Positions 41,601 through 49,588 of a stretch of 64,000 bases of DNA are shown here, one piece after another. This DNA comes from an uncultured bacterium (GTDB taxonomy: Bacteria > Fidelibacterota > Marinisomatia > Marinisomatales > UBA1611), in assembly GCA_965660855.1 (NCBI GenBank), contig CBFIBM010000003.1, positions 86,382-150,381 of the forward strand, written 5' to 3'. The notes under the pieces were generated by a model. That model was not told the origin of the DNA. It was given only the letters and a program-made list of their open reading frames with translations, and made no database searches. The translations under genes and the position numbers were made by a program. Every line of letters begins with the position of its first letter. The first letter of the stretch is position 1.

Positions 41601-41994
41601 TATGATAAATACAATTTCTGCGGGAGATGTGAATGCGGTCCCAGTTACGATTTTAGCTGATAATTTTGGGCAGTTCTCAGGATACTTAAATACAATATCT
41701 ACAGGACCAGTTCCACAAGATTTCCAATTAAATCAGAACTATCCAAACCCATTTAATCCTAGTACAATTATTAGTTATAGCTTACCATACAAGTCAGATG
41801 TGAAGCTGAATGTTTATGATATGAATGGTAAAAGAGTAAATTCATTAGTTAATCAAACTCAAGAAGCTGGCACACATAACATCTCATGGAGAGCGATAGA
41901 CTTTAGAGGAAACTCAATAAGTGCAGGCGTCTATTTATATAAATTAGAAGCTGGTGGAAAAGTATTTACAGAAAAAATGGTATATATGAAATAA
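38656..41994 (+). CDS. giant secreted scaffold-like protein: multiple cohesin-like modules, MAM/choice-of-anchor-J-like and FN3-like modules, type-A T9SS C-terminal sorting domain
   Basis: ATG 38656 follows GGAGG (38646-38650). Repeated modules follow the pattern ...EIIVPVTLENPNSTVGGFQFDF...TRVVFF...GTVVNLHF (also GGLQFDII, LFYFEIMD, YAIEFDIL, ILEFEIQD). The C-terminal domain at 41716-41991 reads QNYPNPFNPSTIISYSLP...VYDMNGKRV...GVYLYKL. Confidence 0.65.
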   Translation: MISMRKYLFKFLIAILPASTVLSNVIISLGDVDVQGYTNEIIVPVTLENPNSTVGGFQFDFSTNDEILTISGVSAIDSENFSSDYNILNNGDTRVVFFTISGDGIESGNAGTVVNLHFDGSDILSGFFSLDAFNLTVSDEDGTIVNSQINDGSITIGTVVSMSATSDSGDINEQVVIDINLNNSGLVGGLQFDIIDTPNYLSVIGLSTTDRSEGFTIEYNELSDGLTRVLMFSPENQNIEIGSGSIASLQMLIAENAYNSNVGVNFENVTITDPIGGIYFTESADSGTVTVTPGYIEEPHNLQAQDGMDAQVLLSWDAPYGPIPPNFEEDFEAGSIPENWNLTTNSSQGWFITQDGSSDFWSIPAHSWYMCSNDDMADDDGSVDYLIMPPLNVSGAENIALNFASYYDGAYGQSAHIAVSTDGSNFTEVAVLDAAAEWVMETVDLSEFSGVPNLYIAFHSNDNGAWASGWAVDDVLVSFALRDSERFLHYNLTEFGQWAMDASKEDVLSQYGGGIPYSMKVDLNNPNINTSRPVTIDAYKVYKSLNNNSDFEEVAEVDGSLTTYLDDDVINSTIYYYYVTAIYPDGSESGPTNTISATPVEWVELSLDNGYSLSGQMDTLDFYINNESDLGLFYFEIMDYPNVLNGLNILSTERTESWALEIADQGDGTIAITGISIGEPLLPGNGPVCRAILYPDAEEEMVVNLSFTSGTSIQDVNYIDLNWTAEGGIYEVGIETQYINLYGGYALSGEETAGSVFMETTQPVYAIEFDILADPPFITGTDINFSELLNLENWTVSGSDLGIGYRVTAYDNTLSNPISPGVRHLADINYNVLDQIPEATIVNISVSDPILADMNNLSMVTETTPHAFYIGTPPAGCTIENATGQLIPGGTGVFEIHMENTETINILEFEIQDMPNNMAVTNITGVGRFEDGTIDGGSGETDEGNIYFLGYDFATAIEPGSGAILEIEVVFNENINNSSIVFMINTISAGDVNAVPVTILADNFGQFSGYLNTISTGPVPQDFQLNQNYPNPFNPSTIISYSLPYKSDVKLNVYDMNGKRVNSLVNQTQEAGTHNISWRAIDFRGNSISAGVYLYKLEAGGKVFTEKMVYMK

Positions 41995-42018
41995 TTTAGT
42001 TTTTGTGATACTAAATAT

Positions 42019-42101
42019 GCCGCGGTGGTGGAATTGGTAGACACGCCAGATTTAGGATCTGGTGCACTTTGTGCGTGAAGGTTCGAGCCCTTTCCGCGGT
42101 A
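42019..42101 (+). tRNA. tRNA-Leu (anticodon TAG)
   Basis: GCCGCGGTGGTGGAATTGGTAGACACGCCAGATTTAGGATCTGG... with a long variable arm (type II), T-loop GGTTCGAGCC and anticodon loop TTTAGGA. Confidence 0.9.
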
Positions 42102-42102
42102 C

Positions 42103-42148
42103 AAAATTAGAAACCCTATTTATTTGAATAAATAGGGTTTCTAATTTT
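42103..42148. terminator. 22-bp perfect inverted repeat, probable bidirectional terminator
   Basis: AAAATTAGAAACCCTATTTATT(42103-42124)-tg-AATAAATAGGGTTTCTAATTTT(42127-42148). A-run on one side and T-run on the other. It lies between convergent transcription units. Confidence 0.65.
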
Positions 42149-42175
42149 TAAACCTATCGTAAAAATGTCGATTAA

Positions 42176-45100
42176 TTATTTTAAGTGGATCATTTTTCTT
42201 GAAGAGCTAAACTCTTTTGAATAAATAGATAGGAAATACATTCCAGATGGAACTGGTTTTCCATTATCATTTAATCCATTCCATATGATTTTGTGTTGTC
42301 CAGCTTGTTTAAATTCCTTTAAAGGTTTAAAAACCTCATTACCAGTTATATCATGAATTGCTATCTCAATATACGATGCTAATGGAAGGTCGTACTGAAT
42401 AGTTGTAGTAGGGTTAAATGGATTTGGGTAATTCTGATATAATTCAAATTTGGTGGGTAGCCCATTATAGTCATTTTGATTGAGTAAATTATAATGAATA
42501 ATAAGAGAATACCTTGAAGTTCCAATGATAGGATATGGCTTTAATATTTCGCTAGTAGTTGGATTAAAGCTTCCTCTTGGTTCGATAAAAAGATTTAATC
42601 CACTTGTATTACTAATATCCAATTCATTTCCTATTAAATTGTCTAATAAACTTATTGATATATGGTCAGGTAAACTTAGTTCTAGTAATGACATTGTTGC
42701 ATTTGTTTCATTTGTTACAAAATATCCAGATGAATCAATATTTAAAAATAGTATATCTAATGGAATTGTAATGGATTCTTCATGGTGTAGGGGTAAGTGA
42801 TTTATCTTTAAAGGAATATCATTTGATAAGGTCATAGCAACCAACCGTGGTGAAATCTCTAAAGGTAATAATTTTTTTCCATCTGAAATGTCAGAGTTTA
42901 TATTCCCGTTTATCCCAAATGTTAGATAGACTTCATCGATATAATTGTTCGATGAAAAACTTAAGGTAAGTTTACCCGAGTCCTCATGGTCATTCCTTTG
43001 CCTAATTAATGTACTAGAGCCAGTCGCAATATCTTCTTCTTCAATTGTAAAACTACCTATCCCACCACTTGCTTGAATCCAAAAACCTTGGAATGGAGCA
43101 ATCAAACCATTACTTAAGTCACCGGATGATCCATTCCACATTTTCCAACTTGCAGTAGAATTATCCCAAATCGAAATAACATTTGAAAGATTATTTTTGG
43201 AAATATCATTCCAGCTTATTGTTTTAGTAAATGGATTACCTGCTAAGTAATAATTATCTTGCGGAATAGAACTTTTTGAAACACTTCCAGTATTCTGAGT
43301 GCCAGATAAAAAAAGATCAACAGGAAGATCATTGTTTCCATCAAAATCTATATCATTAAAAACATAAATGAGGAAACCTTGTCCTGCATTTAAAGACTGA
43401 GTTGATATATTCGTAATAGGTGTCCAGCTTTGCTGAGCAAGGTTTAATATCCATATATTTGCATTACCATCCGTAGCATCTCCACCAGATATTCCTTGAA
43501 TCCAAAGCTCATCTAACAAGTCTTCAAATATAGTCCCTGAGACTGGACTACTCAACATTCTAAAACCAGAATTACCACTTATAGTTATATTATGGAGAGG
43601 AATCCAAGTATTTCCAAAAGTAGAACTTAAATCCCAATCATGTCCAGCAGTCCAATTAATATTCCCATCCTCATAAGCGCCAATATCTGGTGAACTACCA
43701 TTATTAGTGTAGGTATCTGTTATTCCAGGTATAGAAATTCCAGCATCAATAAGTGGAGAGCTGGCTGCTGGAGAGAAATCACTATTTGATGTATCAGTTA
43801 AGACACTATTTAATGTTACACTCTCATTATATCCATTCCAATTATTGCTGTATGTTCCAAAATCAATAGTTACATTATTGGTTCTGTGATTTGAAATTTT
43901 GTCTGCAGCATTATTTTTAATGATAGATGTAGAATGATCATCGTTATTAATTTTTAGAACAATAATATCGTTTTTACTTCCGGAGTTTAAAACAGTATTG
44001 TTATATATTTTGTGATTATTTCCTTTTACCATAATCCCGCCACTTTCACAGTTCCACGCTAAATTATGATGCATTATTCCATTTGTTCCGTCAGCAGATC
44101 CGCTATGATCAAATCTCGCACCATACTTCTCTGTATCATGAAGCCAGTTGAACCTACATATAGCCCCATCTTGCTGGTCTTCCATAAATTGAATCATAGA
44201 ACCATCACTTTGTAAGTGGCCTGTATCATACAGATTGTTATATTCTATCAATCCAGCATTCCCAATCATTACAGTAGCAGAACCACCAGTTTTATGAACC
44301 GTATTTTTTCGAAAAACATTGGACGTACCATTCATGCGAATAGTCAGCATGATACTGCTATTATCTGCTACGGAATAATCAATTTTATTAAAATAGCAAT
44401 TATCTAATGTATCTGTTCCACCCCACATCTCTACAGCAGTTCCATCTGTATTCCTGAAAGCACAATTTCTAATAGTACTACCAGAACTACCTGAAGCAAA
44501 TTTTGTCATTTCTGGCTCTGTGTCCACAATTCGTAGCATTCGTTTTGAACAACTAGGATACATGAAGTTACACCCATAAACTAAACAATTATCACCGTTG
44601 GAGAAGTAGACTGTTGTTGCAAAAAACTCTAAATTTTTAATTTGAACATATTTTGACCCTGTAATAGTAAATGCATATGATTGAATTTTTCCTCTAAACT
44701 CTAGTTTATTTGGATTAATTCCATTTTCAGTATAATAATATAGAGAGTCTTGATTGTTGTGGGTATCATACCACCATTCACCACTTTGATCAAGAAATTC
44801 ACGTCGGCCTTCTAAATAATAGTAGTGATGTTTTGTTTTCCAATTTGGAACGGTTGAATAGTTAAAGGTACCCCCTGAGTGATTTGTCACAATCCTAGAC
44901 CATGTTCTAAAAGATCCTAAATTAAGTATAGCAATTGCTTGTTTATTACTCTCATCAAGATCAAAGCCAGTAGAGCTAAGATTAATATTTGTTCCTTGTG
45001 AGTTTGTAAAAGGTTTATCTATAATTGTCCCATTAGAATATGCATTTTCATCATCATCTATTGTTCCTTTTGCCCAAAAATTATCATTGTCCCAAATTGT

Positions 45101-45556
45101 ATCATCATCAAACTTAGCATTTGGCCAACGAGCCATAATTTGTTCTTCCCAATTCACAAATAGTTGCCAAATATCCGATGTTAATTTTGTTCTCCATATA
45201 TTTGAAGATCCAACTTGAGTCCATGATGAGTTTATTGGTATGGTTCCATCCATTATTACTCTTTCATTATTGTAGTTTGTAAATATTATTGCAGACCCTG
45301 AAGAACCATTTAAATTATCGATAGTCACACTTTCATGATATCGACCTTGGCGTATATAACATATATCACCCGAATTCATTACGCTTGCTGCTTTGGAGAC
45401 AGTTTTAAAAGGCTTTGCAAGGGTAGTTCCATTATTCTCATCGTCACCATAAGAGATTGCAACGTAATAGTCAGTAGCTGATAGATGGGTGACGGCTACA
45501 GTAATATAAATAAGTTTTTGTATTGCTGGAGTCAATTTTCTAATCAAAAAAGACAT
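42176..45556 (-). CDS. giant secreted right-handed parallel beta-helix protein with type-A T9SS C-terminal sorting domain
   Basis: The N-terminus DYYVAISYGDDENNGTTLAKPFKTVSKAA..GDICYIRQGRYHE is typical of pectate-lyase-fold proteins. Repeated N/G-rich beta-helix rungs follow. The C-terminus (about 42179-42440) reads QNYPNPFNPTTTIQYDLP...IHDITGNEV...GMYFLSI. Confidence 0.65.
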   Translation of the reverse strand: MSFLIRKLTPAIQKLIYITVAVTHLSATDYYVAISYGDDENNGTTLAKPFKTVSKAASVMNSGDICYIRQGRYHESVTIDNLNGSSGSAIIFTNYNNERVIMDGTIPINSSWTQVGSSNIWRTKLTSDIWQLFVNWEEQIMARWPNAKFDDDTIWDNDNFWAKGTIDDDENAYSNGTIIDKPFTNSQGTNINLSSTGFDLDESNKQAIAILNLGSFRTWSRIVTNHSGGTFNYSTVPNWKTKHHYYYLEGRREFLDQSGEWWYDTHNNQDSLYYYTENGINPNKLEFRGKIQSYAFTITGSKYVQIKNLEFFATTVYFSNGDNCLVYGCNFMYPSCSKRMLRIVDTEPEMTKFASGSSGSTIRNCAFRNTDGTAVEMWGGTDTLDNCYFNKIDYSVADNSSIMLTIRMNGTSNVFRKNTVHKTGGSATVMIGNAGLIEYNNLYDTGHLQSDGSMIQFMEDQQDGAICRFNWLHDTEKYGARFDHSGSADGTNGIMHHNLAWNCESGGIMVKGNNHKIYNNTVLNSGSKNDIIVLKINNDDHSTSIIKNNAADKISNHRTNNVTIDFGTYSNNWNGYNESVTLNSVLTDTSNSDFSPAASSPLIDAGISIPGITDTYTNNGSSPDIGAYEDGNINWTAGHDWDLSSTFGNTWIPLHNITISGNSGFRMLSSPVSGTIFEDLLDELWIQGISGGDATDGNANIWILNLAQQSWTPITNISTQSLNAGQGFLIYVFNDIDFDGNNDLPVDLFLSGTQNTGSVSKSSIPQDNYYLAGNPFTKTISWNDISKNNLSNVISIWDNSTASWKMWNGSSGDLSNGLIAPFQGFWIQASGGIGSFTIEEEDIATGSSTLIRQRNDHEDSGKLTLSFSSNNYIDEVYLTFGINGNINSDISDGKKLLPLEISPRLVAMTLSNDIPLKINHLPLHHEESITIPLDILFLNIDSSGYFVTNETNATMSLLELSLPDHISISLLDNLIGNELDISNTSGLNLFIEPRGSFNPTTSEILKPYPIIGTSRYSLIIHYNLLNQNDYNGLPTKFELYQNYPNPFNPTTTIQYDLPLASYIEIAIHDITGNEVFKPLKEFKQAGQHKIIWNGLNDNGKPVPSGMYFLSIYSKEFSSSRKMIHLK

Positions 45557-45686
45557 TTAGAATTCATTTCTATTTTATTGAAAATATTAAATAGTAGTTT
45601 ACAATAGAAAGATTAGCCTTATTATATTATATAGTATAATAATAATTCCTATTGCAATAGAAATTCTAGCGATAATTCGAATTAAG

Positions 45687-46160
45687 CTACTGTTGAAATT
45701 CATTTTTATCTTGATTTAATTGCTCGAACAATCTGAGAGAATTCCATTTATCAAAAACTTCATTTAAAAGATCTACATATTCATTGTAAATTCTGTAAAT
45801 AATATTTTTTTTATCATTAATTCGATTATCAGTATCCATTTTTAAATCGCCAATTAACTCTAACATAACTTCTGCAGATTCTTTTTCTTTTATTATCCAA
45901 CTAATAGGTTCATTGATAGATGCTTGAACAATTTTGTTTTTTTCTTCATTTTGAGTTATGAGAATAGGTATACCTGAAAGTTTTATTCGATTAATTAATG
46001 TAAGGGTAGTTTTTTCTTTTATTTTTAATTCTTTTGAGAGCTCTTTAATAGAAAGCTTTTTTGGGTAGGCTTTGAAGATTAGATGTAGTATTTTTGAAGA
46101 AGTCTCATCTATTCCCCTTCTAGCAATTCTTTTTTTATTATTTGAAAAAGTCGAAATCAT
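45687..46160 (-). CDS. hypothetical protein with probable winged-helix DNA-binding region
   Basis: KKLSIKELSKELKIKEKTTLTLINRIKLSG resembles an HTH/wHTH. ATG at 46160 (track GTG at 46187). Divergent from the TPR/LuxR regulator. Confidence 0.35.
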   Translation of the reverse strand: MISTFSNNKKRIARRGIDETSSKILHLIFKAYPKKLSIKELSKELKIKEKTTLTLINRIKLSGIPILITQNEEKNKIVQASINEPISWIIKEKESAEVMLELIGDLKMDTDNRINDKKNIIYRIYNEYVDLLNEVFDKWNSLRLFEQLNQDKNEFQQ

Positions 46161-46266
46161 ATGAATCTTTAATAATATATATTGCACAAAATTTAAATAT
46201 ATATAATTACGCCATGGCTACTCATATTTATTAAAATACTACTCATTTGTTTTTGTAAATTTCAAA

Positions 46267-48096
46267 ATGATAGATAATAAATTTTATACTTTAGTAATAA
46301 TGTTTTTATTTAGTCAAGTAGTAATATGCTCGACTGAAGAATTTGATGAAAAGCCAACCACAAGGAATCCTGATTTTGCATTAATAGATTCTTTAGTCGA
46401 TTATAAATATGCACAACCTGAAAGAGCTATTACATTTGCAAGGACGGTCTTGCAAAGAAAGAAATATGCTACTGGAGGTTTTCCAAAGATCGAAAGCGCA
46501 TTCTATAATCATTTAGGTGAAATTTATCTTCGAATGAATCTACCTTCACAAGCTTTATCTTATTTTATTGAAGCAAAAAGGTTGCTCCCTAAGACTAAAA
46601 CTCCATGGCTAGATGTTCAATTTGGAAATGTCTATTACAATCAAGATATGATGATAAAGGCAAAAGAAGCTTATGGGAAAGCTCTTGATATTTTTTCTAA
46701 AACTAAAATTTCTGGAGATAGACTCGATGGAAAAAAGACGGGTGGAAACTCCATTGCAGGAATTGCAACGTGTTATAGCAATCTTGGTAAGATAGAAATA
46801 CAATTAAAAAATTATGAATCTGCATTATCATATTTTGAATTAGCTTTGGAAATTAGAAAAGATTTTTATGATAATTTGGATAGCAATAGGGACATTCAAT
46901 TTAACGTTTTAACGGGTGTACTGTACCAGTATTATTTGCTTGCAGAACTATATCATATTTGGGAAATGGATGATTTAGCTATGGAAAAAATTTCTTTAAT
47001 TGATAGTATAGCTATTCCCATTTATAATAAAAATAATCTGGATCCACTTCCTAGCCAAGATAAAGGGTTAAGGTTGATTTATCGTGTATTAGGTCTATCA
47101 AACGATATGAAAATAATTATTAAAACAAATGAAAAAAAATATAAACAAGCTAAACAAGCATCTATTTTAGCAAATATGTTTTTGAAAGATTGGCCTATTT
47201 ATCTTTCTAGAAGCTATTCAAATAGTGCAAGGATGTATTTTGAGCAAGATAGTTTATATAAATCATTGGAACATATCGATGCAGGGATTCGGGTGTGTCA
47301 ATTAAACGGTTTAGGCTTTGAAGAATTGGAACTCCTCAAATACAAAATGGAATTATTAGAAAAAAGCAATTTAAACAAAAGTGCAATTGATATTGCATCA
47401 AAAATATTAGATAAGAAGATCATTATTGAAAAGATGCAAATGTCTGATATGGTAGAGAGCGTTGAGATTAAATCTGAATTATACCAAAGTAGAAATGAGC
47501 TTTTAAAATCAAAAAGAAGACAAACCCTACTTCAGATTCTAATAGGTGTTTTAATATTAATTACTGGCTTAATTATAATTTCTTATAGAAATAAAAAAAG
47601 ATATTCTGAGCAAATTGCAATTATCAATGAGCAAGAAAATCAGATTACTCAAGTTGAATTGAAAAATAAAGAAGCTGAACTAGTTAATATCTCTACTTTT
47701 GCTCTATCAAAAAATGACCTTTTAATTAATATTATTAAAGAATTAGAATATCACATAACTCTCATAAATGATAAGGATGATCAAAAATCTTTAAAACCAT
47801 TAAAAAAGAAAATTCAGAGCTTTATTGATGATGGTATAGATTGGGAGGATTATAAACTTCAATTTTCTAATGTTTTTCCTAATTTTGTCGACTCATTGAT
47901 AGCAAATAATCCAGATATTACAAATAATGATATCAAGTTATGTTGTTATCTAAAGATGAATATGAATACAAAAGATATAGCGCAGCTTTTTGGCTTAACT
48001 GTCAGAGCCATAGAGAATAAACGATATAGACTTAGGAAAAAGCTTTCATTAGAAAAAGATGTTAGTCTTATGTCCTTTATAAATAGCTTAAAATAG
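46267..48096 (+). CDS. membrane-spanning TPR-repeat regulator with C-terminal LuxR/GerE-type HTH
   Basis: N-terminal hydrophobic segment, about 380 aa of TPR-like helices, TM helix LLQILIGVLILITGLIIISY, a coiled coil, then NNDIKLCCYLKMNMNTKDIAQLFGLTVRAIENKRYRLRKKL (LuxR-type HTH). Confidence 0.7.
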   Translation: MIDNKFYTLVIMFLFSQVVICSTEEFDEKPTTRNPDFALIDSLVDYKYAQPERAITFARTVLQRKKYATGGFPKIESAFYNHLGEIYLRMNLPSQALSYFIEAKRLLPKTKTPWLDVQFGNVYYNQDMMIKAKEAYGKALDIFSKTKISGDRLDGKKTGGNSIAGIATCYSNLGKIEIQLKNYESALSYFELALEIRKDFYDNLDSNRDIQFNVLTGVLYQYYLLAELYHIWEMDDLAMEKISLIDSIAIPIYNKNNLDPLPSQDKGLRLIYRVLGLSNDMKIIIKTNEKKYKQAKQASILANMFLKDWPIYLSRSYSNSARMYFEQDSLYKSLEHIDAGIRVCQLNGLGFEELELLKYKMELLEKSNLNKSAIDIASKILDKKIIIEKMQMSDMVESVEIKSELYQSRNELLKSKRRQTLLQILIGVLILITGLIIISYRNKKRYSEQIAIINEQENQITQVELKNKEAELVNISTFALSKNDLLINIIKELEYHITLINDKDDQKSLKPLKKKIQSFIDDGIDWEDYKLQFSNVFPNFVDSLIANNPDITNNDIKLCCYLKMNMNTKDIAQLFGLTVRAIENKRYRLRKKLSLEKDVSLMSFINSLK

Positions 48097-48209
48097 CTAT
48101 GTATTTAATTTGAGTAGTTTTGGCGTAGTATTTATGTAGTATTGGAGTAAGGCTTTTTGTAACTACTTATTCTTAATTTCTTCTAACTAAAAATGAGTTT
48201 TAATTTAAA

Positions 48210-49568
48210 ATGAAAGTAAAATATCTAATTTTATTCGTCCTTTACTTACTCATCAGTTCCTGTGAGGATGTTGAAGTTGCATACCCTGGAAATAATCAAT
48301 CTACCAGAGCTGTTGCTCCAAATGGTACTGCTGACTGGTTAATTGCGCAAGTGAATGGCGTTGGGCAATTACCCGAAAATTCAGCTGCAGGGATTGATAT
48401 AGCAACCTTGAATGCTGAAGATGAAAATCCAGATGATGAGTTTTCTTATTCGATTGCAAGTCAGACTATTGGCAATACTTCAGGTGATTATTTCAGAATT
48501 GAGAAAGAAGAAGATGGAGATTTTAAACTTGTTTTAAATAATAGTAGTATTAACTATGAATCTCTAAGCGGTGTAAAGGTAGTTACGATTAATATTTCAG
48601 TTGAGGATGATAGTCCTGATAAATTAAAAAGTGATTTTTCATTGGAAGTGGAAATAATTAATGTGAATGAGTCCCCTTATTTTATTAACCTAAGCTCAAT
48701 TACCCCTTTCGCTGATGAATATGTTGAATTTTCTTCTGGAAATTTAATTTGGGATGATATAGACGAAGGTGATAATCCAATTTTAAATACACAAGGTCCT
48801 GGCTGGTTAAATATAAGTAATGAAGGTTTGTTTAGTGGGTCACCCTCATCTTCAGATGTGGGTGTTAACTCATTTGTTTTGACCATTTCTGATGACGATA
48901 ATCCACCGATCTCTGTAAGTGAGGAAGTAAATATTGAAGTAAGAGAGAATGTCGCTCCAATTTTTGAAAACGCGCCCTCATCACTATCAATTAAGGTAGG
49001 TTGTTATGATACAAATGAAAGCATTGTAAATCTAAATTGGCGAGATCCAAATAATGATGCTCCATATTTTTCTGGTAATGATTTGGTTTCATTTAGTTTT
49101 AATGAAAATATCTCCTGGTTAAATATTTCTGATGATGGAAATATATTTTGTGTTGATGCTCCTCAAAATACAGATGCGGCTGTTTCTGAAATTGAAATTA
49201 CCATTGCTGACAATAGGCCGAGTAATCCAAAAAGCACAACAAAATCATTTGATGTTACAGTAATAGCAAATGATGCACCAAGTTTCACAAACCTTAATGG
49301 CTTTGCAGATGAAATGGATTCAGGTACAGAATATATCTTTGAATTGGAATATGATGATCCAAATGACGATCTTCTCGCATTTGAATTGAAGTTTGCTATT
49401 GGTAATAATGTATTTGATTCTGATCAATTAGGGTGGGTTAGTATTGATAATTCAGGAGAAATCACTCTAAGTCCAACATCGAGTAATGCTGGAGATTATA
49501 CGATCAGTTTTATTATTTCAGATGAATGCTTTGAAGTTTCAGAAGAAAAATCTTTTACAATTAGATAA
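48210..49568 (+). CDS. lipoprotein with one cadherin-like repeat and several He_PIG/dystroglycan-type Ig-like repeats
   Basis: Lipobox LLISSC. Cadherin-like LPENSAAGIDIATLNAEDENPDDEFSYSI...EVEIINVNESPYF. The Ig-like module WLNISNEGLFSGSPSSSDVGVNSFVLTISD is repeated. Confidence 0.6.
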   Translation: MKVKYLILFVLYLLISSCEDVEVAYPGNNQSTRAVAPNGTADWLIAQVNGVGQLPENSAAGIDIATLNAEDENPDDEFSYSIASQTIGNTSGDYFRIEKEEDGDFKLVLNNSSINYESLSGVKVVTINISVEDDSPDKLKSDFSLEVEIINVNESPYFINLSSITPFADEYVEFSSGNLIWDDIDEGDNPILNTQGPGWLNISNEGLFSGSPSSSDVGVNSFVLTISDDDNPPISVSEEVNIEVRENVAPIFENAPSSLSIKVGCYDTNESIVNLNWRDPNNDAPYFSGNDLVSFSFNENISWLNISDDGNIFCVDAPQNTDAAVSEIEITIADNRPSNPKSTTKSFDVTVIANDAPSFTNLNGFADEMDSGTEYIFELEYDDPNDDLLAFELKFAIGNNVFDSDQLGWVSIDNSGEITLSPTSSNAGDYTISFIISDECFEVSEEKSFTIR

Positions 49569-49588
49569 ATTAAAAAAAAGGAATTAAC

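Noticed and set aside
38656-45556. Calling the region a cellulosome or polysaccharide utilisation locus
   Set aside because: No glycoside hydrolase, SusC/SusD pair or carbohydrate-binding module could be recognised by eye. Only cohesin-like and dockerin modules and a beta-helix protein of unknown activity are present.
45602-45663. CAATAGAAA repeated at 45602-45610 and 45655-45663, with an imperfect palindrome TTCCTATTG/CAATAGAAA at 45646-45663, as an operator or terminator
   Set aside because: The elements are short and AT-rich. The palindrome has one mismatch and no flanking T-run. This is too weak to distinguish from chance in AT-rich intergenic DNA. It is kept only as a note.
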